A DNA stretch of 64,000 nt. Source: Vitrella brassicaformis CCMP3155. Lineage: Eukaryota > Protista > Chromerida. Both the position numbers and the translations under genes were made by a program. The stretch is from assembly GCA_001179505.1 (NCBI GenBank), contig CDMY01000368.1, forward strand, positions 34,365 to 98,364, read 5' to 3'. This document shows positions 1-12,100 of the stretch, one piece after another. The number at the start of each line of letters is the position of its first letter. Positions within the stretch are counted from its first letter, which is position 1. The notes beneath the pieces are model-generated. The model did not search any database. It was not told the origin of the DNA and saw only the letters and a list, made by a program, of their open reading frames with translations.

Positions 1-63
1 TAAACCAAGGCATGCGCTAACTAACTCACGGACCCGGCATATCGACACATGGTATGAGTGCAG

Positions 64-3000
64 GCTTCTATCAGCTCGGCTCCTTTCCGTCGCTCTATCC
101 AGAGTTCATAGGCGTGGCCGCCAGCCACATGTACATCGCCTCGCTCAAGTCGCTCGTCGAGAAGATCAAAGCCCGCGGAGGTGAAGCCCATCTGTACAAC
201 CTCCCCCTCTACAATATAGGTATGTCTCCGTCTCCGTCTCCGCCTCTGTCTCAGCCCACATGTGCATACACCCCTCAGCCTTTCTCCCTGCTCCCCAGGT
301 AATTCTGGCGCCTATGTGGAAGGCGGCTACGTGATCGCGTCGCCACAATTCGCTCTCGACCGCCCAACGCCTCTGCGCGTCACCGATCTCTCCTTCGAAG
401 GCAGCTCGTTCCAGATCCAGCCTTCGTCTGACCTGCTGCAGGCCGAGCACTGGGAAAGCAGCACCAGGGGCACATCTGGACTGATCAAGGACAGCAACAA
501 GGAGGTGTTCATCTTCTACAAGAAACCTGGGAGAGAGTCGATGGGGTACGGCGAGACGAGCGACGGAACTTCGTGGAGCGGTGTGAACGGACGTTACGGC
601 ATGATGCTGGCCATCCCTGCCAACGCCCTCTATGACCCCATCGACGGGCAGAAAGAAGACATCCTCAGCTCTGTCTTGATTATCTACTTCGTGTCGCTCA
701 TCGTGGCGATTGTGTTCTGTGTTGGGATCGTGTTGCTGTACATCCCACTGGCCAAGCGGATTGCTGTGCCGCTGGAGTACGTGGCCAATGAGGCAGAGAA
801 GATCACCAACAACCTGGGCGGAGACCTCTTCAGGCAAGAAAGAAGAATAGAGACATGCAGAGGAACACACACATAAGGTCGGCCACATTGTGACCAAATG
901 GTGTGCAGGGGTGTGAATTTGTCTGAGGCCGTAGATGCGTCCTTTACGGTTCTGGAGGTCACAGTGCTCAGGGGCCGCTTCAGACACATGCTCATGCTGA
1001 TCAAACAGAAAAGACAACAGGTGGGTGCGAAGAGACGCGCCAACGGAACACATGTGAACGTGTCTCTCTCTGTTTTGTTTAGGCGCAGCACGGCCCCACG
1101 ACCCTGCCAAATGCCTTCATCTATCATGGCGGCAAGTACCCATGGATGGCGGCCTCTAGTGCTGGCGACAGCGCAGAGACAGCGGCCGACAAATACTACC
1201 CCGACCAACTTCTCGTAAGTAAGCACATGACCTCCATTGACACGCTGTCTTTCTCATTTCCACACACTCGAGTGTGTGTGAGTGCAGCGTCTGGAGCATC
1301 TCATGTCTGAAGCCCAGCAGAAGTCCGCTCCCCCACCGTATGCGGCGGCTGGTGGGCCGACGGTCATCACGATCCAGGAGGGCGGCGGGCAGACATCCAT
1401 CGCCGTCACACAACAGCAACATGCACAACCACCAGCCACAGCACCACCACCGCCCTCAGCACAGCAGCAGCCAGCTGTCCAACAGGGCAAGGCCCAGGCA
1501 ACGGGATTCGTGACTGACGCCGGGCAAAGCTCTTTGTGTGTGCAGGTGTGCCCCAGGGCAATGTGGTGGCGCCTTCAGCGCCCGATGCTCCTGCTGCTGA
1601 CGTCCAATCACCATCGGTCCCCTTTTATGCAGGCATCAGGCGCCACTGGTGGAAAAGGATGTGGGTGCAGGTCTGCAGACACACGGAGAGGGACACGGCT
1701 GGCATGTTGCGGTCGGCTTTGCTTGATCGGATTCCTTTAGTTGGTGTTATTCTTGGCGCTCCCACTGCTGGTAGTCGGCGTGTGCATCGCGGTAATAGGC
1801 TTCCTCTGGTATCAGACTACTGCTCTCTCGTGGATCGACCCGCTCAAGTAACCAACCCTACACACCTGCGAGGCGTCTGGTGAGTACGAAGGCATTGTTA
1901 TCTTGGTGTGTGTGTGTCAGGTCGGTGATGATAGACGAGACGGTCAAGACGCTGGAGGGAATCACGGAGGACAGGGCCCAGTCCACCGCCAACATGATCA
2001 ACGTGGCCGTTGGCGCCCTCCTGCAGACAAAACTGTCCAGTAAGCCCACTCACACCAACACAAACATACAAGTTTGTCTGTCTCCCTTTCTACCTGTCTG
2101 TCTATGTGCCCGTCTGCCCTATATATAGGTGAGAGGTTTTTGTCGGAAAACACAATCAACGAAACCGACTTCAGTGTGACGCTGGGCACCGACCTTATGG
2201 TAAGCTACCTGTCAGGTGTGACGTCCTACATCGAACCCAAGGCCTACTACCCAACCCCATACACTGGCAACACCAGGCTGCGCATACTGTCAGGCACGTT
2301 CCAAGAATGGATAGAATCGACATCCCCATGGATACATATCTGTCTCTGTCTCTCTGTCCCTTCGTGCATGTATCATCAGCCGGCAGCATGAGCACGTCCG
2401 GTTCCAGGTTGACCAACTCTGCCGGTGGTACAGTGCCCGCCTACACCGACAGCAGTGTGGTCTTCTTCCGGTCGCAGCCGTTCCCCCTCCATCCCATCAT
2501 CGACTGGCGGATCGACATTACCTCACACATGGACACCATCTTCAAGAGCATCTACCACTCCGCGCCTATCAATGCTGTCTTCCTGGCGCTACAGGCCACC
2601 ACGGCCGCCCCCCTCCAGCTGTTCCGATATTACCCGTATTACGACACTTTTCAAGGATTGGCTGATCGGTCAATGACGTGTTATGATGGGTCGCAAGAGA
2701 ACGGCTACCGGCCGGAGTGTTTCTCCTGGTACAGACGGGCGGTTGCATCCTCCGGGCAGGTGGTGTTCAATCCGGCTGAATACGACCAAATACAGCAACA
2801 GCAAAGCGTAAGCTCAACGACCAGACCGCACACACCCACGACGAGAGGGAGGACAACACCGTCTGTCGTGTCAGGTGATATTGTCGGCGAGCATCCATCA
2901 TTGAGACACAGCAGAGCTGCTGGGTGTGGTGGGCGTGTCCCTCGACATCGCCGAGCTCGAGGACCGCTGGAGCAAAGAGGACATGAAGTACTTTGACAGC

Positions 3001-6000
3001 ACCAAGAGGTACCCCTTCCTCCTCGACGACAGCAACAACGCCCTCATCCACCCTGACTCACAATTCACCCGCAAGATCGCAAACACATCCTCCCTCAGCC
3101 AGCTAGAGCCCTCTGTGCCATCCTCTGTGCTGACATCGCTATCTAATGCCGAGATGCGCACCACCAAAGTCACCAAAGGCGGCGAGAGATGGTATGTGAG
3201 CTATCTCCGACTGGAGATGACCGTGGCCAGCAGTGTGGTGGGGACGGCCAGCAGGTGGGCGTGCTGCTGTACGTATCAGATCTATCTGGCATGAGAGTTG
3301 AGGCTATCTATATGCTGTCTGTATGCGACGCAGGATCGACGTGAGCACCAACACGGGCAAGAGGCGGAGCTACACGCCGTATAGGATCGGGTGGATGGTG
3401 AAGGAGCAGCTGATGAGCCAGGAGGCCGACGACCTCTCTGACAGCCTGTTGGCTCTCCTGCGGCGGATGCTGACGATGGCCATGATTGTGTGCATTGTGG
3501 TGGCGCTGCTGATCGGCGTCATCGCCACACTCGCCGCCCTCCTCTTCGTCGCCCCGATTGTTCGGCTGGGCGACTACATGCACACGGCAGAGGACAATAA
3601 CTACACGCAAGACCTCGCCCCATACCAACAAAACAGCCTTTTCATGGTCGGTCAATGAGTCGATTCCCCGATGGAATGAGCTCCCCTCCCGATGATTCCC
3701 TCTCTGCGTGTGTATGATGTCTCTCAGGTGCATGAATTTGCCCGCCTGTTGTCGACCGTCGAGGATCTGATAGTGGCGCTGCGGTTCGGCAACCAGCAGT
3801 GGTCCAAGGGGTCTGCGAGCAAGGATTTGGCCAACTACCAGAGGGCTATGAGGATCGTGCAGCGGACCGGCAACATGAGGGGCCAGGGGGTGTGCCACGA
3901 CAACCTGGCCCTGACACTGATACGGACGCAGGACCACAAAGACCCCCAGAGCGGCAAGACGGCCCTCGAGCTCATGAATGAGGCGCTGCAGTTCGCGTAC
4001 CAGCACATCATTGTAAGTAACCACAGACACAGAGGTCGCCAGGCATCTATCTGCGTGTGGGGGGGTTTTCGTTCAATGAGCAGCACACCCAGCAGGAGGG
4101 TGACCACAGCAGCCACATCGACGCGCTTGACAGTCAGGGCAAGCGGCTGCTGGGCAAAGCCAGGATACTGATGTCCACGGGCAAACAAGACAGCATCAAG
4201 GAGGCCATGCAATGCGCCGAGCAGGCCATCGACAAATTCGTGGAGACGGGACATATCCACCACGTCGTAAGCCACGCAGCCCCACCAACCAGCGGACAAG
4301 AGAGAGGTTTTCATGACAGGGTGTACGTGTTTGATCAGTCAGATGCGTTAGACCTCTTTCGGTCGGACATTGAGAGTCTGGCTGCGGTCACTGTAAGCGG
4401 CGATTGGCATCCGCTGCGTTCGCTGCAGCCGCTGCTGCAGCGAGTCATGCTCCTAATCGACACACACCTACAAGTAGGAGCAAGACTGAAGAGAGACACA
4501 CATGAATGGTGTTTTCCTTTGCTTTCTGTGCGTGTGTGCAGAAAGCCGCCCCCGGGTGTGTGTCTCCGACAAATGTGTCGGGCCTGTGGGAGCTGGTCGC
4601 TGACGCCGCCCTCACGTACCGTACTGCACGCACACAGCCAGCCACGCCGACGTGCAACAAATGTGTGTGTTGACGTGGGTGCAGGCTGTGTGCGGTGGAG
4701 TGGTTTCTGTATCTGAATGGCATGGCGGCTGAGGAGGGACAGACACCGGAATGCCTCAAATACGTATGCTGGTCAGTCCGTCGACACAGATAAAGGGAGG
4801 GGAAGGAGAGAGACATCCCTGCCCATCTCCCTCTCTCTCTCTCCCTCTCTCTCTGTGTGTCAGGATTGTTGCCCGCTGTCCTGTGCTGAAGCTGACGACT
4901 TTGCTAGAGACCTCTGCTGCTCTCAAGGCACTATACCAACCACTCTGTATGCAATGGGCGGAAGCAGCCCAGCCCATTTGCAGTCACATGGATACGGACA
5001 TGCCTTTCTGTCACCTGACCTGCCAGGCCCCACTGACGGTTCGTGGCACCGGACAAGTGAGGACATCGACACATTCGTCGACTCGGGCATCGCACTGGTC
5101 AAACAAAGGTAAGCAGGGGGGTACGTAGCTCCCTCCCTCCCTCCCTCTTCCTCTCCCTCTCCTCTCTGCGCAGACAGACACATGCTTACATACACACACA
5201 GACATTCATGGATATATGTCGCAATTGGTATGCCGTGTGCAGGGGTGGGGCTTTCGTCGAGCAAGCAGGCGTCAGGGAGCAGGCGAGGAAAGACCTCTCC
5301 ACCTGGAAGTATGGGCCGTACACACTGCAGATCACCAAGCACCGGCCGCCACCCAGCATCGACACCAGCAGCGGGGGGGATCTCAGGGGCGCCCTCAGTC
5401 GCCTCTCGGCTGCCGATCGCACGAGGTGCATCGAGTGGGTTTGGGGATTCTACCGCGAGAGCGTCCGGGGGCCGGCAAAGGACATCATCTTTGTGCTGGA
5501 CAAGAGCGGAAGTATGGCTGGCGCACGGGTAAGTCAGCCGTGTGGGAGTACAGACGGAGAAGCCGTCTCGTGTGCTTGGGGTGTGTGTGTGTGTGATAGG
5601 TGCGTGTGTGTCTGGAGTCCATGTGCAAGATCCTGAGGGACTTCCTACAGCCCTCAGATCGATTTGCTTTCTACTGGTTTAACACAAGGTGGGCAGAAGA
5701 GACACAGCATGAAGGACGGCCCGGCCCCTGCATGTCTCGGTCAACCAATGTGCTATAATAACATACCTCCACCCACCAGGGTGCAGCAGCTGAGGGCCCT
5801 CAGCTCCCGTGGGGATTCCACTGCCTGTGCCGCCGAGTGTGAGCGCATCACAAACGAAAACAGATGTGGAGGCGGCACCGCTTTCTTCGACGCCATCCTC
5901 CAGTCAGTCACACACACGAAGGGAAAGAGCCGCTATGGAATGAATGCATGTTGTTCATGTGTGTCTTGGCCGTGTGTGTGGTGCAGGGGTTTGCATGAGG

Positions 6001-6407
6001 CCAGCAGCAGTGAGGAGGCGGCGAGGCGTGATCAGTGGGTGATAGCTCTGACAGATGGGGGCGACAACAGCAGCCGTAGCAGCAGTGTGGGCGAGGCGTG
6101 TAGCTTGTTGCGGACACACAAGGGGCTGCACCTTATTATCATTACTGTCGGCAAGGAGTACAGCAAAGACAAAGTAAGAGCGGGAGGAGGGAGGACACAC
6201 ACCACACCACACACACATAAGAAAGAGCCAGCTGGACGGTGTTGTCTGTCTGTGTGTCTCACGAGACAGAACGAGATGGTGCTCAAGGCAGCGAGGGACA
6301 ACGGCTCTCACGGGGTGCATGTGAGTGCTGATGACACAGGGCAGCTGCACGACGCCTTCAAGCGGGTGGAGCAGCTCATCGAACAGGCCAACATTGAGTA
6401 TCTGTGA
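64..6407 (+). CDS. Multi-exon membrane receptor-like protein, 5' partial: Cache-like/TM/HAMP module, Q/P linker, second TM-Cache-TM-HAMP module, TPR-like helices and C-terminal VWA domain
   Basis: Exons join in frame across GT/GC-AG introns (64-219, 299-833, 909-1020, ~1083-1215, ~1288 onward). TM segments are SVLIIYFVSLIVAIVFCVGIVLLY, LVLFLALPLLVVGVCIAVIGFLW and MAMIVCIVVALLIGVIATLAALLF. Cache-type RPECFSWYRRA and VVGVSLDI...PFLLDDSNNALIHP. HAMP-like IAVPLEYVANEAEKI and FVAPIVRLGDYMH. VWA MIDAS motifs DIIFVLDKSGSM, GGGTAFFDAI, VIALTDGGDN. Stop at 6405-6407. Confidence 0.75.
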
Positions 6408-6646
6408 TTCACTGATGGGCTGTTGTTGCATGCATACCCGGAGGCACACATGCATTGATTGCATTTGTCATCATCAACGAGTCAGTCCATTAATCATAGG
6501 ATCAAAAATCAATCCACACGTACGGACACTCTATCCTCACACACACACACACAGACAGACACAAACTGCCGGCCCCGGACTGACTGTACAGAAGGCCGGC
6601 AAACAGACCATCTCTCCACCCACATCGACACACCACACCCACCCCC

Positions 6647-8917
6647 TCACGCCCTCAGCTCTTTCTCCCTCTCTTTCAACACTGTCGGCAGCACGTCAAA
6701 CCCATTGGGCTTGTCAATGCCAAGCACCTCCAGTGGCTGACCACCATACTGCTCCGAGCGGAGCGCTTCATTCGCAGACGCCTCTCTGTCGATGGCTTCG
6801 TCGTCATACGGCACCACACCATCGGGTGTGAGTGCCCTCAGCAAATCCACCCCGCCCCCAAAGACAGCCGACTTGACCAGCGCCGCCCGCACAGCGTTGT
6901 TGAGCTTGGTGAAGAAGCTCAGCGAGAAGGCGATGCGCCGTGTCCAGGTCTCGTGCTGGTCGTTATGCGGAAGGCCGGGCCATCCGGCCAGGAACCCCGC
7001 CCACATTGGCAGCTCGAGGTTGAAGAAGCCCCGGAAGAATGCCCGCAGGTTGTGCACGTTCTGCTGCATCAGGAACTCCCCACCGAACACAGTGAACTCC
7101 CGCTGACGCCTGAACTGCGCGGGCCACAGAGCGGCGTAGGCTGTGCGGGCGGCACGGTCGGGGGCAAACACGCCGTCGATCGGCTGACGGATCTGCACAC
7201 ACACACACGCACACACGGACAGAGGGATTGACCTCTGTTTTCGTCTGGCTGCAACCAAACACACACACACACACATACAAACGCACCTCTTTGGCGATAG
7301 CCTCGGCTGTTGGCGCCACTCCCGACATCATTCGGCAGATCATGTAGCCTGTGGCCGCATGCACCACCCCTGCCGCACCACCAAATGCTATCACCTGAGT
7401 GAGCCCAGCCCAACCACACGCGAACACCCCCCACACGACCACATGGGCAGTTCGTGTCTGTGGGTCAGGCCTGTAAGTCATCTAGATACCCACCCGTTGG
7501 TTTCGTTTGGGTATGGCGCCCCCCATGGGAATGTAGCAAAACTCCTCCTCCTCAATCTTCTGCGGCTCGACACCTGAGTGAGCCACAGGCACCCGTCACG
7601 AGCCTGTGCTTGTCTGTCGGCCATGGGTACAGGTGCCTATCCCGGCTCACCGAGGTATGCGAGTCTCTTCTTGAATCTCTCTTTGCATTCGTCAAAGGAC
7701 ATGGGCGGCCGCGCCACGAGTGAGGTCTCCTCCAGAAAAATGCGGCGCAGACCGCTGGCCGACTCGCCGAACGGCATCACATCTGGCAGACACGCAAGCC
7801 ATGTCGGTGTGAGCTGAAGCTCCGTGTGCCTGTAGTGACTGCATTATCTGCTCACAGAGGAAAGTGGGTTCCCTGACGGCCTTGTCAAGGTCGGTCTGCA
7901 TGGTGGGCTCTCCCTTCTGCGCCTCAGTGATGTAGTCGGTCCGGTAGTCCATGAAGAGCATCGCCCCCTCGTCAAATGGGTGCCGCTCACACTCACACAT
8001 GATGCCATAGGCGATCTGGAAACCAGGGTCGTGCCTCCCGTCCCGCTCAATCAGCTTCGACTCGTGGCCAGTGCAGTCCACAATCAGCTTGGTCCGCAGT
8101 TCGGTGCTTCTGCCGTCCTGGAGCCGCACAGAGCTGCCAGTGTCGTCGTGCCGCACAGATGAGGGGTCGATAGCAGTGTCAAGCATGACCACTCCGGCTT
8201 GCTGTGCGTGTGCGCGGAGTCGCTGCTGCAGCTTGATGCGATTGACGCGGGCGTATGGCCTGTGGATGCGGAGGGGTGTGGTGCCGCCAGGGTCGAGAAA
8301 GAGGTCAGTCTTCTCCCACCGATGGTCCAGACACTCATCCACACCCAACTGAGTCAAACATGCCAGGCAGGACACACACGGAGAACGGAAGATGTACGGG
8401 GGCCACCGCGAAATGTCGTGGTCAGTCACTACGTGACACACACCTGCAGCTGTCTTTCCACGGCTTCCCACTCGGCCACCCACACGCCGTAGTTGTTGGG
8501 CCACCTCTCGTGTATCCTCGGGTCAATCATCACCACACGCAGGCCGTACCTCTTGGCCAGCACGGCACCCATGGCAGTCCCAGCCGGACCAGCACCCACA
8601 ATCAGCACGTCCGTGTCCATCGACAGAGGAGTTGCGTCGACAGACGCATCGGCCTCGTTCGCTGTGGCCGAGAGAGCGGACAAAGGCGACGATGTGGGAC
8701 TCAGTGAGTGCCTCCTGATGCCATCCAGCCGCCTCCGGAACCGGTGATCTGGTGATGGTGTGGCACGCTGAACATCCTTGCGGCTGGCAGAGGGAAGGCG
8801 AAGGGATGCGGCATAGTGGGAAGGCGCGATGAAGAGAGATGTTGCAGATGCGACAGCCATTCTTATGCACGCCATGAACGCTGCAAAACGCCAGATCTGC
8901 CGGCCCTCTGCCGCCAT
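6647..8917 (-). CDS. LCYB: Lycopene beta-cyclase (CrtL/LCY type) with bipartite signal + transit peptide
   Basis: FAD-binding DVLIVGAGPAG, WPNNYGVW, PYARVNR, PGFQIAYG, MLFMDYR, FLEETSLVARP, IPMGG, VIAFGGAAGVVHAATGYM and C-terminal LWP...FGGEFL...FFNL, all characteristic of plant/cyanobacterial lycopene cyclases. The N-terminus is a hydrophobic signal ending ASA-TSLF followed by an S/R-rich stretch. The beta versus epsilon assignment is inference. Confidence 0.9.
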
Positions 8918-9109
8918 CGGCTCGACTCGCTCCCCATGGGGTGTTAGGGCAGCTCCCGTTCACACGAAATCCAACGTTCAACGTTCAGCTTGAATCACGG
9001 CATCAGGCTCTTGGGAGCCGCAGGGGCTTCGTTGTTTTGACCCCATTCCACCGTGAGGGCCACGTGCCAAGTAATGGAATGCGCCATTCAATGACATTCA
9101 CTCTGTCTG

Positions 9110-12100
9110 ATGCAGACGGAGATGTTCCCAGGCCATTCGACGCTGTTTGCCCTCCTCATCTGTGCTGTGCTGATTCCACATACAAGGGGTATATCCCACT
9201 CACAGTGCACCATAACAAACAGCACCAGAAATGTTTGCTTTTCGCCTGTGTGCATTTCATTGGCAGCTGTGTGTGGCGACGGCGTTCGGGGTGGGGACGA
9301 CTGTGATGACGGGAATGAGGTTGACGGGGATGGCTGCTCGGGGGCGTGCACCATCGAGACCGGCTATGAGTGCGACCCCAACAGCAATCCATCCATGTGT
9401 GCCTCAACATGCGTTGGGGAGAGCGCCCTCATAGTCTGGAGCCCTCCCAATAGACGTTACAGCGGCAGCAATGTTCTCGACCCCGGAAAGCAGTACAAGG
9501 TGCCGAATAAGGAAGAATGTGCCCGTCTGTGCCTGTCGAGACACGACTGTGCTGTTTTCGAGTGGAAGAGCCCGACCGACCTGTGCGCCATGGCTGGAAC
9601 AAGCAACCTAGCGGACAACCCAGAGACGGCAACGTTCTCCGGTCGTAAGGTTTGTGTGGAGCAGTGCAGCGCTATCGATCGGCCTGAAGAGGAATGCTAT
9701 AGTGAGCAAACACAACCGCCACAACCAGAGAGACACAGGTGTGTTGGGTGTGCCATTTGGTTGGTTTGTTGTGTGTGTAGGTTTTCCCTGCCGCATCGAG
9801 TGGGAGTGGCATATGGTGCCCAACTTTACCGGCTTTCACCAGCACCCCTTCAGCTGCCAAGACGACGCCCTGGTGGGAGCCAAACTAATCCACGTTGGTA
9901 CGTTTGTGTGGACTTACAGTGGCATCAAAGTGCCTGTATGTACATGTATATATGAACGCATGTGCAGGCAGCGATGCCGCCTGGCAATATGAATGCTGCC
10001 CCCAGCCCAATCGGACGACTTTAAGCGATGAGACAGAGGCGTGGACAGACGAAATCGGAGCATCAAGCTGGAAGGTGTATGTCCAAATGTTCAACCCGGA
10101 CTCGCCCATCTCATGCCCCGACAACAGCGTACTCACAGGGATGCACTTGAAGAAGCTTGACGGGCCAACCAGGACGCAGTGGGAGTAGGTGGGGGGCAGA
10201 GATGGTTCTTGAACTTCTTGCAACCCATTGACGTGCTGCGTGGGACAAATGTGTTGATTCTCAGGTACAACTGCACGGATCTCACGGCCTACACCCAGAC
10301 TCAGCGGGACAACATCTTCTGCCAGTGGCACTCCGTGGCCACCGGTGCTGGTCATGGCTCCATTTTTACGCGTAAGGCATTTGACGATTTACCCTCCCAT
10401 TCAGCACGTTCTTGTTCCCTTTGTGCTGGTGGGTGGCTGAATGCAGCCGATTCCTGGCGTGAACTGGAACACGCGCCACTTTCGTGTGAAACTCATGAAG
10501 CCTTGAATTTTGTGAATATGACAGTCGATTGGCAATCAGGACCTGAATGTAAGTCAGTGAGAGAGCGGGCCGCGTGAGCTCTCCTTCCTTTTCTCTTTCT
10601 TTGATCTTTTTGTTTCTTTCTGCTTGTTCAGCCTCGTTTGATGTGACGTTTGACTACCGATGCTGCTCTGTCACCTTGTGTGGCGACGGATGGGTAGGAC
10701 ATGAAGAGATATGCGACGATGGGAATGTCGTCAATGATGACGGATGCCGTGACAACTGCACTGTCGAGCCGGGATGGCTATGCCTTGTGCCAGGCAGCCC
10801 CTGCTGTAAGTCTGGGAAGAGAGACAGATCGATATCATTACAATGGCTTGCATTCTTTGTATTTTTCTGAAGTTTCCGTGACGACAACGTCTTCCCCCAC
10901 GCCGACACCCTCCCCCACCCCGACACCGTCCCCCACCCCGACACCCCTTCCAACGGCGCCGCCAGTGGACGACTGCTACTGCTCGGAGGGATCCGGATGC
11001 GGTAAGCGCACCCGAAGGGGACAAAATTATGCTTCACTCGGGCTATGACTGCTCTACTCTATAGACAACTCCGTCTGCAGTAACTGCAGGATTCGATTCG
11101 GTGACGTTCTCGAACGTTGCACGAGACTCGCGCTTACTTTGTTTTGTATTCAGACACTCCGGTTCGGTACGCCTGCTACGCCAATTGGACCTCCGACCAG
11201 TGTATGGAAGCCGGCGACAACTACACTTGGTGCGGCGGAGGTGAGCCATTCACCACGTGCCTATACCATCCATCCGCCTGATGTGTCAGGGACAGCTTCC
11301 CCTCCGGTTGTCACCACACCGCCCACCGAGGTCACGTCCCCGCCCACAAGCCCTCCCTCCTTCATCGACAATATCACAGACGACGACGTCGGCAAAATCA
11401 AGGTGACCACGGGTATACAATGCACAAGCCCTTCGACACTCACTCTCTCCATTGACGTCGCTTCTGACAACAGGAAGGGGATTCGCTCAATGACACGGAA
11501 GTGGGGAAGGCGATCGATGAGCTGCTGGAGGAGGAGGAGGACGCACCGCCAATTGACTCTGTGGACGCCTTCGCCGATCGGCTGGTGCGTGCGATCCAAG
11601 TGGCCGCTGCGCTCAAGAACGCAAGCAGAGACAGCAGCCTTCCCAACGGCACCGAGGGAGACACCAAGGCGCAAAAGCGAGTGATAATGAGGGCACTACT
11701 CAAAGACCTCAACAAGGCACGACGACCAACATCCTCTTGCCAGAGCGTCTCTGTGCCACTCATCGTTCCACGTCGTGTATGGTGTCTCTCATTCAGGTGG
11801 CCACCGAGCGAGGACGTCTGGGTGACGTGTCGAGCAGCGGAAGTGAGGTGCTGCTGTCCGCCGCTACACTCGCCACAACCATCGAGGCCGCTGACGAGGC
11901 CGAGACCGACGAGATCGACGACACCGCAATGGCCGTCAACACATTCGCCTCACTCGTCACTGTCTCGAGGCGCGCCATCGCACAGACCGACAACGCGACA
12001 CCACAAGAGAAAGCCAAAGCCCTCAGTGGCGTCGGCCATTATCTTGATGCGGCCGCGGGCCTCTTCAGGCAGCTCAACCGCACGGCCAAGTCGCTACGGG

